The notes: generated by a model not told the origin, from the sequence alone. Positions 1-10,754 are shown, counted from the first letter of the stretch. The stretch is 64,000 bases of DNA from Dehalococcoidia bacterium (GCA_963663895.2 CAXXRD010000003.1:128001-192000); one strand, 5' to 3'. Numbers and translations: made by a program.

Positions 1-1510
1 GCCGCTCCGTTGGCTGCTGCTCCTCGCCGTCCGAACTCAGATCCAGCGGCGCGAGCGTGAGGAGTGTCTCCTCCGCGACCGCGCCCAACCGCTCTTGCAT
101 CGCCGTGTCCCACCCCCGGCGCTGCGCGAACCGAGTGAGGAACGCGTTGAGCTCCGGCAGGGCCGCGACGTCGAGCGGTGCCTGGAAGCGCAGACGCCGA
201 GGATTCGTGAACTCCAAATACAGGATCATCACGATGGCGGCCAGCCCGCCCGTGGTGATGCCGCTCTTCAGCAGCGCCCCCCCAACCGGGCCCACGTCGG
301 GCAGGGCGAACAGCTCGAACTGGAACGCCGCCGCGATCCAGAAGCACACCCCCGCCACCACGATCTTCTCATGGCGCTGCTCATGCTGGATGACCGTGCG
401 CGCGCCATCGACGAACAGGGCACCCGTCACCATGATCAGGTACCCTGTCATCACGGGCCCCGGGATGCTGCTCAGCACCGCCGACACCTTGGGCAGGAAC
501 GCCACTCCCAGCAGGAGAAGCCCAATGCTGTACCCCATCCGGCGGGCAGCGATGCCGGTGATCTGCGTGAACGGAATGATGGCCGGGTTGATGGCGTTGG
601 GCACCGTGCCCGCCAGCCCGGCGAATAGGTTACTGGCCCCCGCCCCCGCCACGGCGCCCTGCACCTGCCGGAAGTCGGCGGCGCGGTCGTCTCGCCAGGC
701 GACTCGCTGCATGGCGATCGCCGCGCCGTTCGCCTGGATGGCGATGATCACGCCGAGGAAGAGAAAGGCCGGCACCAGTGTCCAGAAGTCGACGCTGAAG
801 TCCAGCGCCAGCCCGGGCGCCTCGCTCGGCAGCCCGACCCACGCGGCCTCGGTGATCCGCGCCGTGTCGTAGATGCCCAGCCCTCCGGCCACGAGGCAGC
901 CCCCCACGATACCCGCCAGCGGTCCCCAGAACCGCAGGATCGCCGATCCGCGTAGCATGAGCGCCGCCGCCACCCCCAGCGTCGCGAGGGCGGTCAACGC
1001 CGCCGCATTCGGCTCCGCCCGTGTGGCCGTGTCGAGCAGGTCGAACACGACCGAGGCCAGAGTGATGGACAGGATCATCATCACCGTGCCGCCCACCGTC
1101 GGCGTGACGAAACGTCGCAGGAGGAACAACCAGCGGGAGGCGACCAGCTGGACCCCCGCCGCGACGAGGAGCAGCGTCGTGAGCGTGGCGGGGCCACCAT
1201 CCACCAGTGCGGTGATGCAGAAGGGGATGGAGAAGGCGGCGGTGAACATCGGCAGCACCGCACCCGCGCCCACGCTGCCTAGCCGCCGTACCTGAATGAT
1301 CGTCGAGAGCCCCACCACCACTAGAGAGGCGAAGACCATCCAGGTCACATAGGTGCCGCCTCGGTCCGCGGCGTTCGCGACGATCACGGGGGTCACCAGG
1401 AGCGTGGCGGCGGCGATCAGGCTGAACTGCAGGCCGTAGCCGAGCGTAGGCAGCAGGGGCGGCTGCTCGTCCGCCTCGTACCGCGGGCTCCCCGAAGCCG
1501 GCAGTGTCAT
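1..1510 (-). CDS. NCS2 (xanthine/uracil permease family) transporter with soluble C-terminal extension; runs off the left edge
   Basis: Not in the ORF track (no stop inside the window). Manual translation from ATG 1510: MTLPASGSPRYEADEQPPLLPTLGYGLQFSL..., many TM segments, ...FLPKVSAVLSSIPGPVMTG..., then soluble RRLRFQAPLDVAALPELNAFLTRFAQRRGWDTAMQERLGAVAEETLLTL. Confidence 0.85.
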   Translation of the reverse strand, partial: MTLPASGSPRYEADEQPPLLPTLGYGLQFSLIAAATLLVTPVIVANAADRGGTYVTWMVFASLVVVGLSTIIQVRRLGSVGAGAVLPMFTAAFSIPFCITALVDGGPATLTTLLLVAAGVQLVASRWLFLLRRFVTPTVGGTVMMILSITLASVVFDLLDTATRAEPNAAALTALATLGVAAALMLRGSAILRFWGPLAGIVGGCLVAGGLGIYDTARITEAAWVGLPSEAPGLALDFSVDFWTLVPAFLFLGVIIAIQANGAAIAMQRVAWRDDRAADFRQVQGAVAGAGASNLFAGLAGTVPNAINPAIIPFTQITGIAARRMGYSIGLLLLGVAFLPKVSAVLSSIPGPVMTGYLIMVTGALFVDGARTVIQHEQRHEKIVVAGVCFWIAAAFQFELFALPDVGPVGGALLKSGITTGGLAAIVMILYLEFTNPRRLRFQAPLDVAALPELNAFLTRFAQRRGWDTAMQERLGAVAEETLLTLAPLDLSSDGEEQQPTER

Positions 1511-1800
1511 CGCAACGCTCTCTCGTCCGGTCGCCCATCGCGGGCTGCGGGCCAGTACGACCCCGCGCGCTCTGGCGCCCCATTCTAGGGGCGGCGGCGG
1601 GATGCGGCAGTGCCAGGGCGCGGTTCACCGGGCGGGCGCAGTGCGCGGCAGCGTTGACCGCTTGCCGCAGGGAGGATTGTTGCAGCGTGGGGAAGCGGCG
1701 CCTCGCGGTACGCTGCGTTGACAGGGCAGTGCGCGGTCGCGATATTGACCGCTGGTGAGGCTTTTCTATCACCCTTCTATCATGCTGAGGAGGTCGCTGG

Positions 1801-2121
1801 ATGGGTAAGTATTTGCTGCAGGCGAGCTACACGCAGGAAGGTCTCGCTGGTTTGAGCAAGGAGGGGGGAACGAGCCGAAGGGCGGCTCTGACGGAGACCA
1901 TTGGGGGCGTGGGTGGCAGCTTGGAGTCGTTCTACTACGCCTTCGGCAAGGACGATCTCTTCATCATCGCCGATCTGCCCGACGACGCAGCGGCGACGGC
2001 CGTATCCCTCGCCCTCGGTGCCGCCGGCGCCCTCACGGTCAGTGTCACGGTGCTGATCACCGCGGAGACCGTGGACGAGGCCATCGCCAAGAGCGTGCCC
2101 TACCGTCCTCCCGGATCCTGA
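1801..2121 (+). CDS. GYD domain-containing protein
   Basis: MGKYLLQASYTQEG...GGSLESFYYAFGKDD pattern; GGAGG RBS upstream. Confidence 0.85.
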   Translation: MGKYLLQASYTQEGLAGLSKEGGTSRRAALTETIGGVGGSLESFYYAFGKDDLFIIADLPDDAAATAVSLALGAAGALTVSVTVLITAETVDEAIAKSVPYRPPGS

Positions 2122-2311
2122 GCATCCTCTTCGCCGGAGCGAGAAGCGCCGCATCACCGCGCGGCCCAGATGCGACGCGGGCGGTCGCTTCAGTTCAGAC
2201 GCGTGATGGAGAGAGAGCCCGGCCTCCGGCGGCAATGCCTATGTGTGGGCGGCGGACAACGCGGGGGCGGTGAACAATCAGGCGCTCTCCTGAGATGGGG
2301 ATAGCGTGTGG

Positions 2312-3025
2312 CTAACGCTCTCGTCGGTCCGCGGCAACCTCTGAGGCCGGCGGGAGATCGAGGGCAGCGGCAAGGGCGTCCAGGCCGGGCACGGTGAGGG
2401 CGGCGCCGGCGGCAAGCGACCAAGGGACGCCCCGCCGGTTCACCCAGACACAGGGGATTCCGAGTCGGGTAGCAGGTTCAACGTCGTGATAGGGAGATGC
2501 GGCGATATGCAACAGCTCGGTCGGTCGTAGACCGAGTCGCGCCAGCGCCTCGGTCCAGTGGGCGGCGGCCGGCTTGTAGCTGCGCACGTCCTCGGCCGTG
2601 ACCAAAGCGTCGAAAGGGACTTCGAGCTTGTGGATACTTTGATGGAGAACGGCGTTCGTAATGTTGGAGAGGATCAGGAGCGGTTTGCCGAGAGCACGGA
2701 GGCGGCGCAAAAAGGGTGACGCGTCCGGGAAGGCAGGCCAGTCCGGAATGGAGGCGGCGAATCCACGGGCCTCGCAATCGCTCACACGGCCACCGAAGGC
2801 CTCTGCGGTTTGCTGCAGCGAACGAGCCAGGACCGTCTCATAGGGAAGGTAGGCGCCCGCTTCGATCTCCATCTCGATTCGCTCGCGTCTGAGGACGAAA
2901 GCGTCGAGATCGAGGCCATTGAGAGCTGGGATCGCCTGGAGCGCAGCATGGATCCCTGCATCCCAGTCGATGAGGGTGCCGTAGCAGTCGAACGTGAACG
3001 CACGGGCCGGGCGGGAGAGAGTCAT
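2312..3025 (-). CDS. HAD-superfamily hydrolase (haloacid dehalogenase type II-like)
   Basis: FDCYGTLIDW motif I, LSN, YKP, HIAAS.YHDV motifs; ATG overlaps corrected dinB stop (ATGA). Confidence 0.9.
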   Translation of the reverse strand: MTLSRPARAFTFDCYGTLIDWDAGIHAALQAIPALNGLDLDAFVLRRERIEMEIEAGAYLPYETVLARSLQQTAEAFGGRVSDCEARGFAASIPDWPAFPDASPFLRRLRALGKPLLILSNITNAVLHQSIHKLEVPFDALVTAEDVRSYKPAAAHWTEALARLGLRPTELLHIAASPYHDVEPATRLGIPCVWVNRRGVPWSLAAGAALTVPGLDALAAALDLPPASEVAADRRER

Positions 3026-4205
3026 GGCTCCCTCTCGCCCCAGCCAATGGCGGCGTCGCCGTAGCGCTGTTTGATGCGGGCAACGGCGGTATCGAGCGCT
3101 GCCGTGTGCTGAAACTCCTCACCCGCCGTCGCCTCGACCTGATCGAAGAGGCCAAGCTGACCTGCGGGCTCGGGCTCGCTGAGATTGGAAACCCCAACTC
3201 CCACCAGCGGAACTGGCGCCCGGGCGTGAGTTCCCGCCTCAAGAGGCCCAAGGCTTCCGTCGCGATCACCGCTTCCTCATCAATAGGGAGGGGCAGGGTG
3301 TGGCGACGGGTGAACGTGGTGAAGTCCGCCAGCCGCAGCTTGACCTGAACGGTGCGAGCACGCAGCTTGCCGCTTTTGAGCTGCCGCGCGACGGACGCCG
3401 CCTGCTCGCGGACTATCTCCTCTAGGTGACCGCGATCGCGCGAGTCCTCTGCGAAGGTGGCCTCGGAAGAGATCGACTTGCGCTCTCGCCTGGGGTTGAC
3501 GGCAGAGTCGTCCGCCCCGATCGCCAGCTGATGGAACCACTCGCCACGGACACCGAAGCGATCGATCAGCCAGGGCAGGGGCCGCTCGGCCAGCTGGCCA
3601 ACAGTGGTGACGCCCGCCCGCTCCAGACGCGCGGCGGTCTTGAGGCCCACGCCCCAAAGATCACGTACGGGAAGCGGCGCCAGCACGGCACGCTCTTTGC
3701 CCGGTGGCACGACCGTGAGACCATCCGGCTTGTCCATGCCCGAGGCGATCTTGGCGAGCGATTTCGAGGTAGCGACGCCGCAGGAGACGGTGAGCCGCGT
3801 CTCGGATCGGACGGTACCCTTGATCCAGCGGGCGAGATCCTCCGGCGTTCGCCCGCTCTCCACACGCTGGCTGACATCAAGGAAGGCCTCGTCAAGGGAG
3901 AGCGGTTCGACGAGAGGAGTGAGCCGACGGAAGACCGCCATGACCTGGTCACTCACCTCGCGGTAGCGGCTGAAGCGAGGCGGAATACGCTGCGCCTGCG
4001 GACAGAGACGCATCGCTGTTTTCATGGGCATCGCAGAACGACAGCCGAAGTCGCGAGCCTCGTAAGAGGCAGCAGCGACTACGCCGCGCGCCTCGGGCGA
4101 GCCGCCCACTAAGATGGGCTTGCCGCGCAGTTCGGAGTGATCGCGCTGTTCAATGGAGGCATAGAAAGCATCCATATCCGCGTGGATGATGTGTCGGAGG
4201 GGCAT
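3022..4205 (-). CDS. dinB: DNA polymerase IV, 1-nt frameshift near 3207
   Basis: HADMDAFYASIEQ, SYEAR, SLDEAFLD motifs; restoring one base gives RQFRLVGVGVSNL...QLGLF...IKQRYG (track ORF 3022..3204), including the beta-clamp motif QLGLF. Confidence 0.92.
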
Positions 4206-4298
4206 GCCTGCACGGTAGCAGCCGCGCGAACCGCCGCGACGGCGGTCGATCGCGTCGCTGACGGGACATTCGCGGTACTAGTAACGACATAACGTATC

Positions 4299-4927
4299 AT
4301 GGGATTGTTGAGTTGGTGGAGCAGGCGGGCGGCGGGCGCTGATGCGTTTCAGCAGGCGGAATGGCTGCTCGAAGCGGCAAGACGGCTGAGCGAGCAAGGC
4401 GAGCGGGAAGCAGCCCGACGAGGAGGAAGCCGAGCAGCGAAGATGCTCGCGGCCGCCGAGCGGGCCGGATTCGGCGACCAAGCCCACTTGGACCTGCGCA
4501 TGGGAGAAGCCTTGCTGCTGTCGGGCAGACCCGAAGAAGCACGCGCACCTGCGCACCGGGCGGCGAGTGCGCGCCCATACGATGTCGATAGCCGGATCGT
4601 GCACGGACACGTGCGGCTGGCTCTGGGAGAGCTGCACGAGGCGGCACACGAGTTCGAGAGCGTGCTGGAGGAGTTCGGCGGCGACCCGGATGCCAAAGCG
4701 GGGCTGCTGGCTGTCGCGCTGGCGCGGGAAAGTGGATCGTCGAGGGAACGGAAACCGCGGCAGACTACGCGAAGGCGGGAGACGTCCTAATTAAGGCCTG
4801 GGACGCCGCCGATAGCGTCAAGGACCGTGTCCAGGCTCTGAAAGTGCTGCCCCCAGCGGGCGGCGACCCGCGGGTAGTCGAGGTAGTGGAGATGGCCGCA
4901 AAGCGACGGCACCAGCGGCGGCGCTAG
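4299..4927 (+). CDS. TPR-repeat protein, probable frameshift at 4726-4728
   Basis: TPR-like helices (GEALLLSGRPEEA, GHVRLALGELHEA); shifted frame continues GKWIVEGTETAADYAKAGDVLIKAWDAAD... to TAG 4927. Confidence 0.65.
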
Positions 4928-5044
4928 ATGTGGGTGACTTGACCGACCGCGGACCGCACACCAAGCAGAACGCTTTTCTCCGACAGCTGGCGTGAGAAAC
5001 GCCCCGCGCCCGGGCCGCTACATTGGAGGGGAGGAGGGTACGGC

Positions 5045-5350
5045 ATGGGGCTGATCGAGCGGCTGCGGCGGGCGACGCGCGGGCCGACGATCGGCCCCAC
5101 ACCCGCGGAGGTCGCGCGGGTGCGGCGAGCGCTCCGCATGGAGGCGCGGCGGCGGGGACAGCCCACGGGACTCTCCATGACGCAGCTGTTGGAGCACAGT
5201 ACGGAGCCGCTGCGGCAGGTCGACATCTACGCGGTGATCGCGCACCTCGCAGCCGAGGGGGAGGTGACCAACCTGCAGCAGCCCTCCGACGGCAACATGC
5301 GGTTCGACCTCACCGAGAAACTCACCAAGAAGAGCGATCACGCTCCCTAA
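5045..5350 (+). CDS. Small hypothetical protein, possible winged-helix C-terminus
   Basis: GGAGG RBS, GC3-rich codons; LSMTQLLE...DIYAVIAHLAAEGEV...RFDLT resembles wHTH. Confidence 0.6.
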   Translation: MGLIERLRRATRGPTIGPTPAEVARVRRALRMEARRRGQPTGLSMTQLLEHSTEPLRQVDIYAVIAHLAAEGEVTNLQQPSDGNMRFDLTEKLTKKSDHAP

Positions 5351-5451
5351 CGGCCCGCCCGTTGTTAGTTGATAGTGCGATCATAGGAAGGCGGCCCGAA
5401 CAGGCCCGCACGTCAAGGACGTCCGGCCAGTCAGGTATCTCTCTGTTCACG

Positions 5452-6216
5452 CTACGTGCGGGGAAGGCGCGCGGCGAAGCGCAGGCGAACGTAGTCGGCG
5501 GTCCAGCGGCCCGTCTGATCGCAGAGGCTCGGCCGAAGCCGCTCGATCACTTCCGCTAGAGCGCCGTCGCGGTCGCGGGGGTGGAGCTGCGAGAAGAAGC
5601 TCTCGCCGAAGGTGTCGAGCCAGCCCGCCATGTCCGTGGGGAGCGGAGTGGGGCGCGGGAATAGTGCGATGTTCTCGACGAGAAAGCCGCCAGTCTGGAG
5701 CTTGGCCGCGTAGGTCTCGGGCTTGGGAAAGTACCACGGCATCGGACCGCCGTCCTCGACGCCGCGCCGCGCCAAGACGGCCCGCAAGGCTTCAACGATC
5801 GTGGCGACGTTGTCGTGACCGCCAAACTCGGCCACGAAGCGGCCGCCGGGTTTCAGCGCGCGACGGACGCCCGCGATGACCGCGTCGGGGTCGGGCATCC
5901 AGTGCAGCGCGGCGTTGGAGAAGACGGCGTCGAACTCGGCCGAGAACGCGAGCCGTTGACCGTCCATCAGCCGCGCGTCCAAGCCCCGGCGCCGGGCCGC
6001 CTCCACCATGGCCGCCGCGCCGTCCACGCCGACGACCGTGCAGCCGACCTCCACGAGCTTCTCGGTCAGCGCGCCTTCGCCGCAGCCCAGGTCGAGGATG
6101 CGTTCGCCGGGTTGGGGGTCTAGCAGGGCAAGCGCGGCCAAGCCGAAGCCGGACACGAAACCGGCATGCTCGGTGTAGCGATCGGCTTGCCAAGATTGAT
6201 GTGGGTGAGCGGGCGT
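5452..6216 (-). CDS. Class I SAM-dependent methyltransferase
   Basis: ILDLGCGEG, FDAVFSNAALHW, DYVRLRF; in-frame QSWQADRY lies upstream of track start 6156; start uncertain (ACG 6216 follows GGAGGT). Confidence 0.88.
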   Translation of the reverse strand, partial: TPAHPHQSWQADRYTEHAGFVSGFGLAALALLDPQPGERILDLGCGEGALTEKLVEVGCTVVGVDGAAAMVEAARRRGLDARLMDGQRLAFSAEFDAVFSNAALHWMPDPDAVIAGVRRALKPGGRFVAEFGGHDNVATIVEALRAVLARRGVEDGGPMPWYFPKPETYAAKLQTGGFLVENIALFPRPTPLPTDMAGWLDTFGESFFSQLHPRDRDGALAEVIERLRPSLCDQTGRWTADYVRLRFAARLPRT

Positions 6217-6749
6217 AAGCCACCTCCGGTCCTGCGGGCTCGGCCACGAGCCCGGATCAACGGCCTCGCTTATACGATCGCCCTATAGATGTTATGTATG
6301 ACTCCAGAGTGATATCGAGACGCTCCGGGCAACGTGGCGAGGCACGACGAGCGGCGCTTTTGCGGCTGCCACGGGTCGGAGATGGTCGCAGCCCGCGACG
6401 CGGAGCATGCGGCGCGCCAGGTACGAGGACACGAGGAAGAGCCAGGCACCGCCGAGCAGCCGCGTGCTTCACGCGCTCCATCTGCTTCGCCGTCCATTCT
6501 CCACGCCCGGCCCGCAGCTTCGCGCTCGCCGCCGGCGAGCGGGCCGCCATACGGCAAGGCTGGCGTCGTTGCAGTACCACCGAAGATCGCACTATAAATC
6601 GAACCCCTGCCTTACCGGCCGTCGGTGCCATCCACCGGAGCGCGCCGGGCATGGCCGGCAGCTATGGATACGCGCGCGGGCGCTGCAACGCTCGGGAGAG
6701 CTTGTTCGGTTGAACTTCGCACTACAGTCTTCCCTTGCGGCGCCCTACC

Positions 6750-7688
6750 CTACCCTACCGGCCTGGCTCTGGCATCGGCGACCGGTTGATTGAGACGAAC
6801 GATATCGAGCGGCTCTTCCACCGTGAGCGCGAAACGGCGGAGCAAACCGGCCAGCGCATTGCCGGGCCCGGTGACAGCGACGGTCCGCACGCCCTGATCG
6901 TAGGCGGTCTGCAGGGCGTCGACCCAGCGGACGGAGCGGCTGTACTGGCCGCGCAGCTCGGCGCGGAGGGCGGCCGGGGTTTCGATCAGCTGCCCGCAGG
7001 CGTTGCCGATCATCGGCCTGAACGACTCGCGCAGGGAGAGCGCTTCGATTAGCGGCTCCGCGGCGGCGTCGGATTCGCGAAAGTAGTCGGTGTGGAAGGC
7101 GCCGGCGACGCGCAGCGCCACGGCCTTCACGCCGCGCGCCACGGCCAGCCGCTGCGCCTCCCCGACGGCGCCCACGCCGCCGCCCACGACGAACTGATCG
7201 GCGGCGTTGCAGTTGGCGAGTGTGCATCCGGCGGCGGCGGCGATCTCCTCGGCGACGCGATGGCCCACGCCCGCCAGGGCGAGCAACGTGTTGGGCGCGG
7301 CCTCGCAGTCGCGGTCCATGAGACGGCCGCGCTCGTAGGCGAAGCGGACGCCGTCTGCAAAGGAAAGGGCGCCGCAGAGGACGGCGGCCGAATTCTGGCC
7401 GGACGAGTGCCCCAGGTAGAGATGAAAGGCGAGCAGGGCGCGCCCCTCTCGCTCGGCCCGCTCACGGTCGGCCTGGGCCCAGGCGACGAGCAGCGGCTGC
7501 ACCACGGAGGGCTTGGCGAGCTCCGCGGCCGGGGCGCTGAGGCCAAGCTCCCAAAGATCGACGCCGATGGCGGCGGAGGCGCGATCGAACACGGCCCGGT
7601 CATCGCGGTCAAGCGAGGCGACCGCGCCGGGCCTCTGCGATCCTTGCCCCGGACACAGCAGCGCGGCGCGGGGAGGAAGCGAGGACAT
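6750..7688 (-). CDS. fabD: ACP S-malonyltransferase (FabD-like)
   Basis: PGQGSQ, GHSSG nucleophile elbow, AFHT, GPG motifs. Confidence 0.8.
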   Translation of the reverse strand: MSSLPPRAALLCPGQGSQRPGAVASLDRDDRAVFDRASAAIGVDLWELGLSAPAAELAKPSVVQPLLVAWAQADRERAEREGRALLAFHLYLGHSSGQNSAAVLCGALSFADGVRFAYERGRLMDRDCEAAPNTLLALAGVGHRVAEEIAAAAGCTLANCNAADQFVVGGGVGAVGEAQRLAVARGVKAVALRVAGAFHTDYFRESDAAAEPLIEALSLRESFRPMIGNACGQLIETPAALRAELRGQYSRSVRWVDALQTAYDQGVRTVAVTGPGNALAGLLRRFALTVEEPLDIVRLNQPVADARARPVG

Positions 7689-7836
7689 CGGCGCTCCTGC
7701 TCTTGATGCGGCTGCGATCAGCGGACCAGCGGACGGGCGGCGACCACTGCAGGACCCGGCAACGGCCGCTCCCGCGATCGCTGGCGGGAATCCATCGCCC
7801 TACACTGAACCGTACAGGGATTTTGAGGGAGGGTGA

Positions 7837-9169
7837 ATGTCGAATCCGCGCAACCGCTGGCGGCTGTTGCTCCTGGCTCCGATCACGCTGCTCGCTATCG
7901 CCGGCTTCGCGCTGGGGATCGGCGTCAAGGGGCTGCTGGACGGCGACGCCTCGGCGACGGGCTCGGTGCGCGCTTTGCGAGGCGGCGGCTCCGGCCCGGC
8001 GGTGATCGACTTCCAAGCGAACGAAGAGCGCGAATCGCGCTTCGGGTTGCTGGACGAGGTCTACGACATCCTCAGCCGTGAGTTCGTGGAGCCGGACCGG
8101 GTCGAGCTGGGAGGGCTGCGGACGGCGGCGATCAACGGCGCCGTCGGCGCGCTCAACGACCCGCACTCGGTCTACATCGACCGCGAGACCTTCCACCTCA
8201 GCAGCGAGAGCATCAGCGGGCAGTTCGAGGGGATCGGCGCGACCGTCGATCAGCAAAGCGAGGGGATCTTCATCACGGGGACCTTCCGCGGCTCGCCGGC
8301 CGAGGCGGCCGGCATCCGCAGCGGCGACGTGATCCTGGCGGTGGACGGAGAATCGACCGCGGGCTGGTCGGTGCAGTTCGCGGTGGCGCGCATCCGCGGC
8401 CACGCCGGCACGGACGTGGTGCTGACGGTGCGGCACCGCACGGGCCAAGTGGAGGATATTACGGTCACGCGCGGCGTGATCGTGATCCCGAGCGTGCAAG
8501 CGATTCAGGTGCAGGACGCCGCCGGCCTCGCCGTCGAGGACCTCGCCTATATCGCCATCTCGCAGTTCACGGAGAACACCCGCGAGGAGTTGGTGGCGGT
8601 GCTGGAGGGCGCGCGGGCGGCCCAGGTGGAGGGGCTCATCATCGACTTGCGCGGCAACCCGGGCGGGCTGCTCACGGCGACGGTGGAGGTGACGGGCGAG
8701 TTCCTGGACGGCGGCGTGGTGCTGACGGAGGTCAACCGCCAACGGCGATGAGCAGGCCTTCAACGACCAGCCCGGGGGCGCCGCCCTCGATATCCCCCTC
8801 GTAGTTCTCGTGAACGGCGGCTCGGCCTCCGGCTCGGAGGTGTTCGCGGCGGCCCTGCGGGACTACGGGCGAGCCGTTGTCCTGGGCGAGCAGACGCTGG
8901 GCAAGGGGACGGTCAGCATCCCCCGTCACCTCTCCGACGGCAGCGTGCTCTACGTGAGCACGGCGCGCTGGCTCACGCCCGACGGCGAACTGATCGAGGG
9001 GGTCGGCTTGATCCCGGACTTCATCATCGAGCCTTCAGACATCGACTTCGAGCAGCGGCGCGACGTGCAGCTCTTCGCGGCGATCAACTACCTGCGCGGC
9101 CTGCCGATCGAGACGTCACTGACCGCGCCCCAAGGGGTGGCCCAGGATCCGGAGCGCACGGATCCCTAA
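7837..9169 (+). CDS. S41 family carboxyl-terminal processing protease with PDZ domain, frameshift at ~8740
   Basis: N-terminal TM, FEGIG PDZ, IIDLRGNPGG, then (shifted) LVNGGSASGSE, GEQTLGKG, ARWLTPDG, G..PD. Confidence 0.9.
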
Positions 9170-9310
9170 ACCGGCGTGCCCCCGGCGGCCCGTGACGCGC
9201 GCCGGCGGCGCCAACGCCTGCGAGAGGCGGGGCGGACGCGCCCGCTGTAACCGGCAGGAGACTTGAGCGCATCCTGTCCAGGGCGCTCTGCCGGTCGTAG
9301 ACTGACGCCG

Positions 9311-9841
9311 ATGGCGAGGAGCAAGTCGAAGCGGAAGGGGCGGGCGCGGGACGGCGCCGGGGGCGGGGAGGCGGACGCCGCCGCCAAAGCGGCGGCGAAC
9401 TTCCGAACGATCGCGCGCAACAAGCGCGCCACCTTCAACTACGCCATCCTGGAGCGCTTCGAGACGGGGCTGGCGCTGACCGGGACCGAGATCAAGGCGA
9501 TCCGTGAAGGCAAGGCGAGCATCGCGGAGGCCTACGTGCGTCCACGCGCCCGCGAGCTCTGGTTGGTGGGGGCGACGATCGCCCGCTACGAGGCGGCCAG
9601 CCACGGCAACCACGACCCCACCCGGGACCGCAAGCTGCTGCTGCATCGCCGGGAGATCCGGGCGCTCACGGAGGGGGCGGAGCAGAAGGGACTGACGATC
9701 GTTCCGATCCACCTTTACCTCAAGCGTGGGCTGGCAAAGCTGGAGATCGGGCTGGGGCGGGGCAAGCGGCAGTACGACAAGCGGCAGGCGATCGCCAAAC
9801 GGGAGGCGGAGCGACGGATGCGGCAGAGCGTGCGCCAGTAG
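9311..9841 (+). CDS. smpB: SsrA-binding protein
   Basis: NKRA, GLALTGTEIKAIR, RKLLLHRREI, GKRQYDKR; adjacent to tmRNA. Confidence 0.97.
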   Translation: MARSKSKRKGRARDGAGGGEADAAAKAAANFRTIARNKRATFNYAILERFETGLALTGTEIKAIREGKASIAEAYVRPRARELWLVGATIARYEAASHGNHDPTRDRKLLLHRREIRALTEGAEQKGLTIVPIHLYLKRGLAKLEIGLGRGKRQYDKRQAIAKREAERRMRQSVRQ

Positions 9842-9864
9842 CCGCGGCTGGCGAGAGGCGGCCC

Positions 9865-9870
9865 TATACT
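9865..9870 (+). promoter_or_regulatory. -10 element of ssrA
   Basis: TATACT 12 nt before the mature tmRNA 5' end. Confidence 0.55.
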
Positions 9871-9882
9871 GGGACGGTGAAA

Positions 9883-10240
9883 GGGGACGAAAGGACTCGA
9901 CAGCGATCGGTTGATCGGTTTTGCGTGCCGAGGTGCCGTGCCCTCGTAAAACTGCGGCAGTTAAAATAACTGGCGAGAAAGAACTCGCTCTCGCTGCCTA
10001 ACTAGGCGGTGAGCGTTCCCCACCGCGCTCGGCCGGACGGCCGGTGGCGGGGCGTCAATCAGTCCGGCTGCTCGGTCTCTGATGCCGGGAAGAGACCGCT
10101 AAGACAAACTCCGGCTGGTCCAGGGGCCAGCCCGTCGGGCGACGGGCCTCGGGGCGAGACACCAAGCCCGACTACGCGCGTAGCAGATACCGGCGGCTCA
10201 TCGTCTGGACGGGGAGTTCGATTCTCCCCCGTCTCCACCA
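9883..10240 (+). ncRNA. ssrA: tmRNA; tag (A)GEKELALAA at 9972..10001
   Basis: 5' GGGGACG pairs with 3' CGTCTCC-ACCA (G3.U alanine determinant), T-arm GGAGTTCGATTCTCC, ATAACT upstream of resume codon, tag ends LAA-TAA. Confidence 0.97.
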
Positions 10241-10324
10241 CTTCCCTTCCGGATCGCCCACAGCGCCACTGCCGCACATCCCCCAGACCGCACCAAGCGG
10301 GGAGCCAGCAACACGGGCAGGTTT

Positions 10325-10711
10325 CTAGCGGTAGATCTTGCCGACGAGGGAACGGTTGCGGGCGACCACCGCATAGGCAAGCTCGCGCAGCAGCGACGGC
10401 CCGGGCAGGTCGACGGGGGCGAGGAGCCGGCCGCCGGGGAGGAGCCGCAGGAGGCGGGTCACGCTCTCGCCGCCGTGGTACTCGCGACCGTCCGGGGTGA
10501 TGCAGTGGGAGCTGGCGCGGATCTGCTCGGGAGTGAGCGCGCCCAGGATCTCGCCCGCCGGAACCTCGGCAAAGGGGATAAGCCGGATCTCGCGCCGGGC
10601 GCGGGCGGCGAGGGCGCGGGCCGTACGCGTGCAGAAGCCGCAGTCGCCGTCGAAGACGAACACGTAGCAGCCGGGAGGGCGAGCGGCCCGCGTCGGCCGG
10701 TGATAGCGCAT
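10325..10711 (-). CDS. DCC1-like/DUF393 thiol-disulfide oxidoreductase
   Basis: FDGDCGFC motif and C-terminal Y..VARNR. Confidence 0.88.
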   Translation of the reverse strand: MRYHRPTRAARPPGCYVFVFDGDCGFCTRTARALAARARREIRLIPFAEVPAGEILGALTPEQIRASSHCITPDGREYHGGESVTRLLRLLPGGRLLAPVDLPGPSLLRELAYAVVARNRSLVGKIYR

Positions 10712-10754
10712 GGACAGCCTCGCAGTTGTGCTCCGCCCCGCCGTGGACGGCGGA

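Noticed and set aside
4205-4299. LexA (GAAC-N4-GTTC) box upstream of dinB
   Set aside because: No acceptable match on either strand.
6292-6560. Small minus-strand membrane peptide (LLGGAWLFLVSSYLARR)
   Set aside because: Needs an assumed frameshift to gain a start, and has no recognisable homology.
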